Shown in pieces: positions 47,783 to 56,055 of a DNA stretch of 64,000 nucleotides. The stretch is from positions 472 to 64,471 of the forward strand of contig JBGQDM010000005.1 of the NCBI GenBank assembly GCA_041495845.1, in the 5' to 3' direction. The translations under genes were made by a program, and so were the position numbers. The DNA comes from Terriglobia bacterium. GTDB taxonomy: Bacteria; Acidobacteriota; Terriglobia; Terriglobales; Acidobacteriaceae. The stretch's first letter is position 1. The number at the start of each line of letters is the position of its first letter. A model generated the notes under the pieces. The model searched no databases and was not told the DNA's origin. It saw nothing but the letters and a program-made list of their open reading frames with translations.

Positions 47783-48010
47783 GTGTCTTCAAGATCCACG
47801 ATCCCAATCCTCACAGAACACAAGATTCTTCTGAGTCGCCAGGAGGCCGCGCAGCTACTCGGCATCAGCTGGCGCATGTTGGACGAGCTCGTGAAGCGGG
47901 GCGAGATTCGCATCCGCCGCGTGGGCGGTCCCATTCGCGGTCGTGTTCTGTTTTCCAGACTTGAGCTACAGCGATTTGCGGAAGGAACTGAAACTTCGAA
48001 CAGGGGGTAA
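47783..48010 (+). CDS. Excisionase/MerR-type helix-turn-helix DNA-binding protein
   Basis: LLSRQEAAQLLGISWRMLDELVKRGEIRIRRVG is the HTH_17-like pattern. GTG start. Confidence 0.6.
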   Translation: MSSRSTIPILTEHKILLSRQEAAQLLGISWRMLDELVKRGEIRIRRVGGPIRGRVLFSRLELQRFAEGTETSNRG

Positions 48011-48016
48011 CTTCTC

Positions 48017-48562
48017 GTGGCGCGCAAACAGCGCGAGCGCCAGAAGGCCCCCAGCAAGGTTTCTTCTAGCGCCCGCAATACCAAAACTCGGCTCATTTTA
48101 CCATCCCGACTCTCCGAGCGCAGCTTCGCTGCCCGTGATCGTGCCATGCACGTCCTGGGGGATATGCGGCATGGCGCTTCGCTTTCGCGTGCTGCCCGCG
48201 ATCATGGAGTAAGCGTACGAACAATCAGACGCTACGTCGGCGGGGCGCTCTTACAAGAGCGTGCGGGCGGGAGAATCCGCGCGACCAAAAGCGACCGCTT
48301 TGTCCGCTACCTGCAACTCCCAGGCCGGCTCGGACCCATCGAACAAAGGGTTCGCGGATCAAGACAGGCTAGTGAAGCCGCGAGATACAAGGCAGCGCTC
48401 AACAGGCGCCTTCGCGGTGACCGTGGCGCGCTCGCGCCTTGGCACGGAAAGAAGATCGCGGGCATTGAACTCATAACAGACGCGGCCACTCTGAAGAGCC
48501 TCGCCGAGAGAGATCTCCTTCCTTACTCTCTCTACCGATCCCTTTCTGGCGGTGGGGCATGA
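48017..48562 (+). CDS. Hypothetical protein with HTH segment
   Basis: ASLSRAARDHGVSVRTIRRYV is an HTH-like segment. The gene is in an operon with the flanking genes, with a 4-nt overlap downstream. Confidence 0.5.
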   Translation: MARKQRERQKAPSKVSSSARNTKTRLILPSRLSERSFAARDRAMHVLGDMRHGASLSRAARDHGVSVRTIRRYVGGALLQERAGGRIRATKSDRFVRYLQLPGRLGPIEQRVRGSRQASEAARYKAALNRRLRGDRGALAPWHGKKIAGIELITDAATLKSLAERDLLPYSLYRSLSGGGA

Positions 48563-48855
48563 TCGCACTCAGCGGAGTGTCGCGTCGTTCCCGTGGGTGC
48601 TGTGTTTTCTGCGGATCGCGAAAACAACTCCAAGAGCACCATCTCGGCGGTCGCAACCACGCCCGTCACTTCACAATCACCCTCTGCCGTGAACATCACG
48701 AAGCAGTCACGCTCGCTATCACCAGAGCGGGGGTAAACATGCGCTATACCAGCGACAAAATGGAACGCTCAAGGCGCGCGCGCCAAGCCGCATACGTGTT
48801 TCTTTGGTTCCTGGATGACATCGTTTTCACACCAACCTGCGAGGAGACAGCATGA
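48559..48855 (+). CDS. HNH-like endonuclease-fold protein
   Basis: CVFCGSRKQLQEHHLGGRNHARHFTITLCREHHEAV matches the pattern CxxC...HH...N...CxxHH. Confidence 0.55.
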   Translation: MIALSGVSRRSRGCCVFCGSRKQLQEHHLGGRNHARHFTITLCREHHEAVTLAITRAGVNMRYTSDKMERSRRARQAAYVFLWFLDDIVFTPTCEETA

Positions 48856-49052
48856 TGAACAACGGGCGAGTCGAGCACGTTTTAACGCAGCGACTGGAAG
48901 ACGGCTACGTGCGAACGCTGTGCGGGAGAATCATTTTCAGGCCAAACCCTATAGAGACATACCGTGAACCAACATATTTCAGGTACAACCATCCAAATTG
49001 CCAAGACTGCTTGCGGAAGCACTTCGCCAAGACTGGAAGAAAACATGACTGA
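48852..49052 (+). CDS. Small hypothetical protein (66 aa, Cys/His-containing)
   Basis: Translationally coupled on both sides (ATGA at 48852-48855, ATGACTGA at 49045-49052). No known motif. Confidence 0.4.
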   Translation: MMNNGRVEHVLTQRLEDGYVRTLCGRIIFRPNPIETYREPTYFRYNHPNCQDCLRKHFAKTGRKHD

Positions 49053-51963
49053 CAAAACACACGATATCTTCGTGCGGGCCTTGGCGGTCACCGCGAAACA
49101 GACAACGAAGAACACTGGAAGGCCAGCTTCCGAAGACAAGCCAAAGTGGGCGGAACATGCCCTTGTGTTTGATACAGAGACACGCATCACTGCCGATCAA
49201 TCTCTTACTTTCGGCGTGTACCGGTTGTGCTCGTTGGCGAACGGAATTTACAAGTTCACCGAAGAGGGTATTTTCTATGCTGACGATCTGCCATCGAAAG
49301 AGCGGAAGGTGCTACATGCCTACGCGCAAACGGCGGTTTCAGATGCAGCATCCTTCCCGCCGCGATTCCCGCTGTATTCCCGTTCTGAGTTTATGAAACG
49401 CGTCTTCTGGCCACAGATCAAACACAAGAGTGCGCTCATCGTGGGATTCAATCTCCCTTTCGATCTGGCGCGACTCGCGCTGGACTGGAGCAGAGGCAAC
49501 AAGGGCGAATGGTCGCTCACGATGTCACGATATCCAAACGGTACCGAGAACCTAAATTACCCTCGTATTCTCATCACGCCGATTGACAGCAAGAAAGCCT
49601 TCATCCGGCTGGCAACGCCGTGGAAGCCAACGGACTGGAAGAATAACGGCCGCGGTAATTTCCTGGACCTGCGCACGCTCGGCTGGGCGCTCTTCAACAA
49701 AGCGTTTTCGCTCAAGACCCTCTGCGATGAACTCAAGACAGCACAAGAAAAGCTAAACCATGATCCGACGGGTAAGGTCACTCCCGAGGAAATCGAATAC
49801 GCCCGCCAGGACGTTCGCTGCACCGTGGACGCGCTCAACGCGCTGAAGCGGGAGTTTGATAAACACCCCATCGACCTGAAACCCTCCGATACGTACTCCC
49901 CAGCATCCGTAGCCAAAGCCTACCTGGACGAGATGGGAATCATCAGGCCAGCTGAGAAGTTCAATGTTTCTGATGAAATGCTCGGAATTACCATGCAGAG
50001 CTATTACGGAGGTCGCTCCGAAACTCGCATCCGCTGCTGTGAGGTGCCCGTCGTGCCCGTAGATTTCACCAGCGAATATCCGAGCTGTTGCGCGCTCTTA
50101 GGTCTATTCGACGTTCTCACAGCTGCGAGTGTGAGCTTTGATGACGATACCGAGAAGGTACGGGGATTTCTAAAACGCGTCACTCTCAAACGCTGTCTTG
50201 ATCCGGAATTGTGGGGGCACCTCAGGTTCTTCGCCTTGGTGCAACCTGAGAACGACATCCTGCCCGTGCGCACGATGTACAACGAAGTCACGCGAAATAT
50301 CGGGAACAACTACCTCACATCCGACACGCCGATATGGTTTGCCGGCCCCGACCTGATTGCATCCATGCTCCGCACAGGCAAAATCCCGCACATCATCCGC
50401 GCGATCCGCATGGTACCGCATGGCAAGCAGGCCGGAATGCGAAGTGTAAACCTCCGTGGCATGGTTGAAATTGATCCGTACAAGGACGATCTATTTTGTA
50501 AAGCAATCGAACAACGGAAACTGCACAAATCCGACGGATCGCTCCATTACTGGCTGAAGATCTTCGCGAACTCCATATACGGGTTTTTCGTTGAACTGAA
50601 CCCGGAAATTCAGGGCAAGCCCGCACCGCTCACAGTCTATTCGGGGGAGAAGACATTTCGGGACCACTCGGATGTCGTCGAGAATCCCGGTCGCTGGTTC
50701 TTTCCCCCGTTAGCCTCACTCATCACCTCCGGCGGCCGTCTGCTGCTCGCCATAGCAGAGTCGAATGTGGAAGAGAAGAAAGGCGCATATCTGTTCTGCG
50801 ATACGGATTCTCTCGCAATCGTAGCTTCCCAGACGGGAGGGGATCTCCGCATTCCAGGCAGTAAGGGTGTCAGGGTTCTTTCGTGGGCCGAAGTGCAGTC
50901 CATCGTTGACAAGTTCGCTGCCCTGAATCCATACGACCGGAAGCTCGTGAAAGGCTCAATCCTAAATCTTGTGAATGCAAACTACGTTGACTCAGACCCG
51001 CAAAACCCGCAGCGGCAGTTGTACGGGTACAGCATTGCAGCGAAGCGCTATGCCCTTTACGAGAGGATAGGCAAGAACGACATCAAGATCGTCGATCCGA
51101 AAGCGCATGGCATTGGGTTCTTGTATCCACCGAAAGACTCGCCGAAAGACTGGAAAGAAGATGTTCCGCAATGGATTTACGAAATGTGGGACTACGTGCT
51201 GCGTGGCGCTCTCAAGCTAAAACGCAAATCCCCGTCTTGGCTGGATATTCCACAAATGATGCGCCTGACGATCACTACGTACAACGTTTTGAAAATGCTC
51301 GGACAATGGGAAGACGCTCGCCCGTACAACTTCCTGTTCTTGCCGATGGTCGACCCAACCTTTGGTTACGCGTTTTACCGACGGGCAAACGACAAAATTC
51401 TGCTGGTCGCCCCATTTTCGTCTAAGCAGGAGCGCTGGTTTGCAACGGAGTGTGTGAATATTCACAACGGCAAGAAGTACCGAATGGTGGACTGCACCAA
51501 AGAAAAGAAGCCGCCGTACAACGTGGTCTTTCCTTCGCAATTCGCCCGCCTGGTAATCGAATACCAGGAGCATCCCGAGGCGAAGAGCCTTGCGCCTGAT
51601 GGCACGCCGTGCAAGGCGCAGACGCGTGGGCTTCTACGGCGGGCGCACATAACAGCCGGTGAGTTTCGCTATGTGGGCAAAGAAACAGATCGCAAATGGG
51701 AAGAAGGCGACGACGTCAGTGTGTTGGAATTCAGCACTACCGAATACGGCAGGGCGAAAAGCGTAGTCGCTGACCCTTCGATACGCGATGAAATTCGGAC
51801 GATCGGCGTCCGCAAGACGATGGAATTGACGAAAATGAGTCAGCACACGATAGAAAAGCTGGTTCGTGGCGAAGCCGTGAAGCGCAAAACTCGCGAGCAC
51901 GTACTGAAAGCACTTCAAGCATGCAAAGTGCTCATGGAGTTTGCGAACCAAAACCGCAGATAG
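49045..51963 (+). CDS. polB: Family-B DNA polymerase with 3'-5' exonuclease domain
   Basis: Exo I LVFDTET, Exo II GFNLPFDLARL, Exo III YARQDVRCT, YxGG (SYYGGRSE), motif A DFTSEYPS, motif B KIFANSIYGF, motif C LFCDTDSLA, KxY (AAKRYALY). The start was moved to the ATG at 49045. Confidence 0.9.
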   Translation: MTDKTHDIFVRALAVTAKQTTKNTGRPASEDKPKWAEHALVFDTETRITADQSLTFGVYRLCSLANGIYKFTEEGIFYADDLPSKERKVLHAYAQTAVSDAASFPPRFPLYSRSEFMKRVFWPQIKHKSALIVGFNLPFDLARLALDWSRGNKGEWSLTMSRYPNGTENLNYPRILITPIDSKKAFIRLATPWKPTDWKNNGRGNFLDLRTLGWALFNKAFSLKTLCDELKTAQEKLNHDPTGKVTPEEIEYARQDVRCTVDALNALKREFDKHPIDLKPSDTYSPASVAKAYLDEMGIIRPAEKFNVSDEMLGITMQSYYGGRSETRIRCCEVPVVPVDFTSEYPSCCALLGLFDVLTAASVSFDDDTEKVRGFLKRVTLKRCLDPELWGHLRFFALVQPENDILPVRTMYNEVTRNIGNNYLTSDTPIWFAGPDLIASMLRTGKIPHIIRAIRMVPHGKQAGMRSVNLRGMVEIDPYKDDLFCKAIEQRKLHKSDGSLHYWLKIFANSIYGFFVELNPEIQGKPAPLTVYSGEKTFRDHSDVVENPGRWFFPPLASLITSGGRLLLAIAESNVEEKKGAYLFCDTDSLAIVASQTGGDLRIPGSKGVRVLSWAEVQSIVDKFAALNPYDRKLVKGSILNLVNANYVDSDPQNPQRQLYGYSIAAKRYALYERIGKNDIKIVDPKAHGIGFLYPPKDSPKDWKEDVPQWIYEMWDYVLRGALKLKRKSPSWLDIPQMMRLTITTYNVLKMLGQWEDARPYNFLFLPMVDPTFGYAFYRRANDKILLVAPFSSKQERWFATECVNIHNGKKYRMVDCTKEKKPPYNVVFPSQFARLVIEYQEHPEAKSLAPDGTPCKAQTRGLLRRAHITAGEFRYVGKETDRKWEEGDDVSVLEFSTTEYGRAKSVVADPSIRDEIRTIGVRKTMELTKMSQHTIEKLVRGEAVKRKTREHVLKALQACKVLMEFANQNRR

Positions 51964-52174
51964 TCTGTAGTTATATCTCGCAGGACTATTCTTTCGCGGG
52001 AAATGAATAACAATGGAAAGGCTCTCCCGCTTTATTAGTTAGCTTGGTAAATTTATCACCTTTTATAGAGAAACCAACGCCCGTTGCTACATTCAGCTGG
52101 ATCGAAAGAAGTCTATATTCACGCTGTCCCTGTGCCCCTGATCCGAGGAGCATGGTCGAGCCGGGAATGTCTTC

Positions 52175-52204
52175 CGCGCTGGCGGGGGCGGGGCTCGGGC
52201 GGGG
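52175..52204. repeat. Internal partial copy of the inner TIR segment (same orientation as left TIR)
   Basis: cgcgctggcg-ggggcggggctcgggcggg matches 42709-42740 at 29 nt, apart from a 3-nt indel. Confidence 0.6.
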
Positions 52205-52216
52205 AAGGTTCTAAGT

Positions 52217-52250
52217 CGCCACGGATTGTACGGATGAACACGGATTGAAG
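52217..52250. repeat. cacggat-type dispersed repeat copy inside the casposon
   Basis: cgccacggattgtacggatgaacacggattgaag matches the chromosomal copies at 8177-8207 and 21801-21836. Confidence 0.6.
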
Positions 52251-52253
52251 AAA

Positions 52254-52285
52254 GGCCACCAGGAATGGTGGCCGTTTCCTTTTTG
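52254..52285 (+). terminator. Rho-independent terminator downstream of the polB operon
   Basis: ggccacca-ggaa-tggtggcc followed by gtttcctttttg. Confidence 0.5.
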
Positions 52286-52371
52286 TAGATTGCAGAGGTC
52301 GGGGTTGACTGAATCGGCGAGGGCGGTGAGCGGCTGTGATCCACTCCGCTGCCGCCCCGCCGATGGCTGGT

Positions 52372-52854
52372 TTAGTGGAGAGTGCAGCTCCCCTGATTGA
52401 GGGAGTCGAAGACCCCGGCCAGGCCGGTCATCAAGTTGCGATTGTCGGTGGCGATGGCGTCGTCAATCGTGGTGTTGGTCTTATTGGTGAACGGGGCCAA
52501 AGCGTTGCAGGCCGCAGGACTTGAGTTCCCGGCATTGGCCAGTCGCACGATGGCCTGGCGGAGCAGGATGACCTCAGCGCCGGCAAAGGTGCTGCCGTCA
52601 CCACAGACGGTGGTGGGCGAAAGCAGCAGTTGCAAGAAGGTCAGCGCGCCCACGCAGGCGTCAACGTTCGGAAAGACCGAACTCACCAAGGTGTCCTTAT
52701 TGAAAACATTGTTGGCGCAGGGACCGCTGTTGAGGAACTGGGAGTGGTTTTTGTAAAAACCAACGGTGCAGTGCTGGTTCACATTGGCAGACGCGGGCAG
52801 CGCGACGCCAAGGATGAAGAGGAAGCAAAGCGTCAGCAAGATCCGGTTTTTCAT
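52372..52854 (-). CDS. Secreted cysteine-rich hypothetical protein (casposon cargo)
   Basis: Signal peptide MKNRILLTLCFLFILGVALPASA. Seven Cys in the mature part. No known domain. Confidence 0.55.
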   Translation of the reverse strand: MKNRILLTLCFLFILGVALPASANVNQHCTVGFYKNHSQFLNSGPCANNVFNKDTLVSSVFPNVDACVGALTFLQLLLSPTTVCGDGSTFAGAEVILLRQAIVRLANAGNSSPAACNALAPFTNKTNTTIDDAIATDNRNLMTGLAGVFDSLNQGSCTLH

Positions 52855-53389
52855 TTTTTAGAAGCTCCTGGAAGAGTATTTTCGATTTACAAAATGTCGA
52901 AGGACGCTGGGGCGCGGTTGCATCTACGGCGAGGGCCTACATTGGCGGGGATTATGCAACGGATGGGAAGGGCTGTCAACGTGCAGATTGTTGCACAGGG
53001 AAAGCTGGGCGGGGGGGTCGCGCCCAATGGCGTTGCTTTTGCAGGGGGTTGCGGGGAGGGAGACGCTCATCCCTGAATTCCCGCAGGAGCTGCTTTAGGG
53101 ACTCAATTGTTGTCTTGGAGTCTGAATCCATGCGAGTAATTCTGCCACACTGATGCGGGCCGTGCGCCGAAAACAGCTCGCCAGCAATACTTCCAGACTT
53201 TCGCGGAGGACGCTCTACCCCCAGATGCCACTAGCCGACGCGCTGAAATCGAGGGTGAGAGCACACAGCGAATGCAGCCAGGTTGGATTCTCTTCAACGC
53301 ATTGCGACCTGAGTACCTAGCTCCCTCGGCCCCGTGAGTAGACCACGGGCGTGACGGAAAAACCCTATGCCTTGCGTCGACCATTGTTG

Positions 53390-54994
53390 CTACGGTGGCA
53401 CTTGCTTGAAACGCAGCCGCCCGATGCGAGAGCCCCAGAAACCCCCGTCGATAACCTTTTCGTTCACAAACCAAGCGTTGCCTTGCGGATCAACGGCGAC
53501 AGAGGAATAGTCGCCCCACCGTTGGCCAAAGGCACCGTCAAAACTATTAGTGATGCACGTCGAACTGGTAAAAACGGGGATGCCATTCCCGAGGCTCCCA
53601 ACTGGAGCAGACGCGCGTTTTCCCGCAAATCGGACATCCGCATTGCGATTGAGGCTTGTATCGATCGAAGTCCATGTCACGTAAATGTTGTTATCCGCAT
53701 CCGCTGCAATTGAGGCATTGAAATCATTACTTGTACTCGCGCGGGCGAAAAATATCCCGCTATCGACGAGTGTGTGCGTGCTGGTGTCGATCTTGTAAAA
53801 CTTGGGAGTAGCCAGGCCGCTGACATTGATGGTATGGGTTTGATAAAGGAACCTTCCCACTTGGGTGCTAGCATTCGTAAACCGAGCGTCAAATGTTTCG
53901 ACCAAGTTCCTGGGGGCATCGCCGCAGGGGGAGGGTTGTGGCGCATTGGGCGGAATCGTATACGGAGCCACTGGAACCTCGAAGGGCCCTGTCACGTCAG
54001 CAGCGGATGGACGACTGGAGTCTGTCAGCGCGTATAGATAGAGGACGTTATTCTCTGGAGTCGCGGCAATCAAATATGTGTTCGGGTTTTGGTCTGACAC
54101 GATAGGTGGCGCCAGAGTGGCCTGGAGTCCGGAAAAACGCGCGATCGAAAACTCCATCCCGTTATAGAGCCTCGCCTTAGCGATCGTGAACAGCTCCGCA
54201 CCAGCGAAATTCGCGGACAAAGGGTTGCCCGTGATGATGATGGAGTCCTGATCCATACCGAGTTGCGGGAAATCCAAAAACGCATTGTTGTCCAAGGCGC
54301 TGACTTCGATGTTGTAGATCCAATATGGGCCAGTCGCATCGCCTGTTTTTGAAACCGCCACGAACATGGGTTGTACAAAATCCGGCGGGAAAGCATAACT
54401 GATCGATATAACAACCCAGCGATCCCAGATCGGATCGTGCAGGACACGCGAGTCGGCGGTAAACGAGGTGTTTCCGTAAAAAGCTGCTAGCCCACTCTCG
54501 AAAAGCAATGCGCCCGACGCCTTGTCGTATATGTCAATAGCATGGTTCGTGACCTCGACGTATTGAGTGTTCCCCGCAGCTCCATGGGTGTCCGGTGGAT
54601 GAGCCGCCGCATAATGTTGATCTGTCCCGTCAAAATTGAGAGAGGCATCAAGGACAACGCCGCCACCAGTTGCCAGCGGAACCGCACTGGGTAGGGAACG
54701 AGGGGTTCGTTTCATTGAACGAGCGGCGGCCTTCAGCGCTCGGTATTTCTCCAAAGGAATCGTCAGGTGGTTGTGCAGCTCGATCTCCGGTCCGGGCTTT
54801 GCATAGGTTTGCGCGTCTTTACGCATCTGGTTCTGATCGCGCGACACTGCCGCCGCGACACTCATCGTTACTCTACGCACCTTCCGATCATTGACCTGGC
54901 CGGCCGCGAAGACGTTCGCTCGAATGCAAGTCAAAAGCAGAACAATAGCAATCGCAGCCCAACTCGGGGCGATCCGGGGAACCAGTCTTGACAT
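53390..54994 (-). CDS. Secreted hypothetical protein, possibly beta-propeller-like (casposon cargo)
   Basis: Signal/TM segment APSWAAIAIVLLLTCIRANVFA. Long ORF, with the start placed at the ATG at 54994. No recognised catalytic motif. Confidence 0.55.
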   Translation of the reverse strand: MSRLVPRIAPSWAAIAIVLLLTCIRANVFAAGQVNDRKVRRVTMSVAAAVSRDQNQMRKDAQTYAKPGPEIELHNHLTIPLEKYRALKAAARSMKRTPRSLPSAVPLATGGGVVLDASLNFDGTDQHYAAAHPPDTHGAAGNTQYVEVTNHAIDIYDKASGALLFESGLAAFYGNTSFTADSRVLHDPIWDRWVVISISYAFPPDFVQPMFVAVSKTGDATGPYWIYNIEVSALDNNAFLDFPQLGMDQDSIIITGNPLSANFAGAELFTIAKARLYNGMEFSIARFSGLQATLAPPIVSDQNPNTYLIAATPENNVLYLYALTDSSRPSAADVTGPFEVPVAPYTIPPNAPQPSPCGDAPRNLVETFDARFTNASTQVGRFLYQTHTINVSGLATPKFYKIDTSTHTLVDSGIFFARASTSNDFNASIAADADNNIYVTWTSIDTSLNRNADVRFAGKRASAPVGSLGNGIPVFTSSTCITNSFDGAFGQRWGDYSSVAVDPQGNAWFVNEKVIDGGFWGSRIGRLRFKQVPP

Positions 54995-55080
54995 ATGCTT
55001 CACCTCATACTGGCCGGACATGCGGAGGGAAACCGTGGAGATTCTGCACCCTCGCCTGGTCACTGTCAAGTCCTCGGGGA

Positions 55081-55223
55081 CCGCGCAGCGCCCGCTCTTA
55101 CTCGCCCGAGCCCCGCCCCACTCGCCAGCGCGCTCTCACTCCGCCCGCGCGCGCACCCCGGCTCCCACCAACGATTACCAACTGGTAACGTGTAGCACTT
55201 TTGCCGTCGCCATACAACAACCC
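55081..55223. repeat. Right terminal inverted repeat
   Basis: Reverse complement of 42618-42760 (140/143). Confidence 0.9.
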
Positions 55224-55237
55224 TCAGCTTCATTGAC
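55224..55237. repeat. Right target-site duplication (tcagcttcattgac)
   Basis: Identical to 42604-42617. Confidence 0.85.
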
Positions 55238-55262
55238 CATTGAAATTGCGGCTCACTATACT
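55233..55262 (+). promoter_or_regulatory. Putative sigma70 promoter of the LytTR regulator (TTGACC-N18-TATACT)
   Basis: -35 at 55233-55238, of which five of six bases lie in the TSD. -10 at 55257-55262. The ATG at 55273 implies a very short leader. Confidence 0.45.
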
Positions 55263-55272
55263 CAGAACTGCC

Positions 55273-56055
55273 ATGCCGATCTCTGCCGTCATTGTGGATG
55301 ACGAACAACTTGCGCGCGACGAACTGGCTTACCTGCTTAAAGGGATTGACGACCTGAGCGTGGTGGCGCAGGGGAAGAACGGGTTGGAGGCGATCCAACT
55401 CATCAAAGAGCACAATCCTGATCTCGTGTTTCTGGATGTGCAGATGCCCGGGCTGGATGGGTTTGGCGTGCTCAAGAAATTGCTGGACAAGAAAATTCAC
55501 CTGCCGCGGGTGGTATTTGCCACGGCGTTTGATCAGTACGCGGTGAAGGCGTTTGAAGTGAACGCGGTGGACTACCTGCTGAAACCGTTTGATAAGAAGC
55601 GGGTGGGCCAGGCGGTGCAGAGAGCGCGCGAGCAGATGGCGGCGGGCGGGTCGTCGCACGAGCGACTGGACACGCTGGTGCGCATGCTGGAGACGCAGAA
55701 GCAGCCGGGAGCGGCGAAGTTGCTGCTGAAAGCGGGCGGGCGCATGCTGCTGGTGGACCAGAAAGATGTCTGCTTTGCCTCGATTGAAGATGGCGTGATT
55801 TCCGTGGTGATGGCGGGACCGGCCGGCCTGGAAGGACATTCCAATTGCCGCACGCTGGAAGAGTTGCAGGAGACGCTGGACGGGAGCCTGTTCTGGCGGG
55901 CGCATCGGTCGTTCCTGGTGAACATTAATCGGATCAAAGAAGTGGTGCCGTGGTTTAAGAGTTCGTACCAGTTGCGGATGGATGATAAGAAGCAGTCGGA
56001 AATTCCCGTGAGCCGGGCGCAGACGAAACGGTTGCGGGAGTTGTTTGGGTTGTGA
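55273..56055 (+). CDS. LytR/AlgR-family response regulator (receiver + LytTR DNA-binding domain)
   Basis: AVIVDDEQLARDEL, DLVFLDVQMPGLDG, and RAHRSFLVNINRIKEV in the LytTR domain. No adjacent histidine kinase. Confidence 0.88.
   Translation: MPISAVIVDDEQLARDELAYLLKGIDDLSVVAQGKNGLEAIQLIKEHNPDLVFLDVQMPGLDGFGVLKKLLDKKIHLPRVVFATAFDQYAVKAFEVNAVDYLLKPFDKKRVGQAVQRAREQMAAGGSSHERLDTLVRMLETQKQPGAAKLLLKAGGRMLLVDQKDVCFASIEDGVISVVMAGPAGLEGHSNCRTLEELQETLDGSLFWRAHRSFLVNINRIKEVVPWFKSSYQLRMDDKKQSEIPVSRAQTKRLRELFGL

Larger units (their letters stand above)
42618..55223. mobile_element. Casposon-like self-synthesising transposon (Cas1 + PolB + HNH/HTH, TIR- and TSD-bounded), 12,606 bp
   Basis: 143-bp TIRs, 14-bp TSD, stand-alone Cas1, family-B polymerase, HNH-like and HTH genes. 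Cargo genes are lower-GC. Confidence 0.82.

Noticed and set aside
47578-48147. 189-aa minus-strand ORF inside the casposon control region
   Set aside because: It overlaps the plus-strand HTH genes, which have recognisable motifs and operon coupling, and it has no motif or RBS of its own.
52630-53474. ORFs 52630-53076 (+) and 53103-53474 (-) in the gap between the two secreted cargo genes
   Set aside because: There is no RBS or motif, the composition is biased, and the first overlaps the 52372-52854 gene. They are treated as non-coding.
42618-55223. CRISPR array or cas2 associated with the cas1 gene
   Set aside because: I scanned the element and the whole window for regularly spaced 25-40-nt direct repeats and found none. 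No Cas2-like small ORF lies next to cas1. The Cas1 is therefore treated as a casposase.
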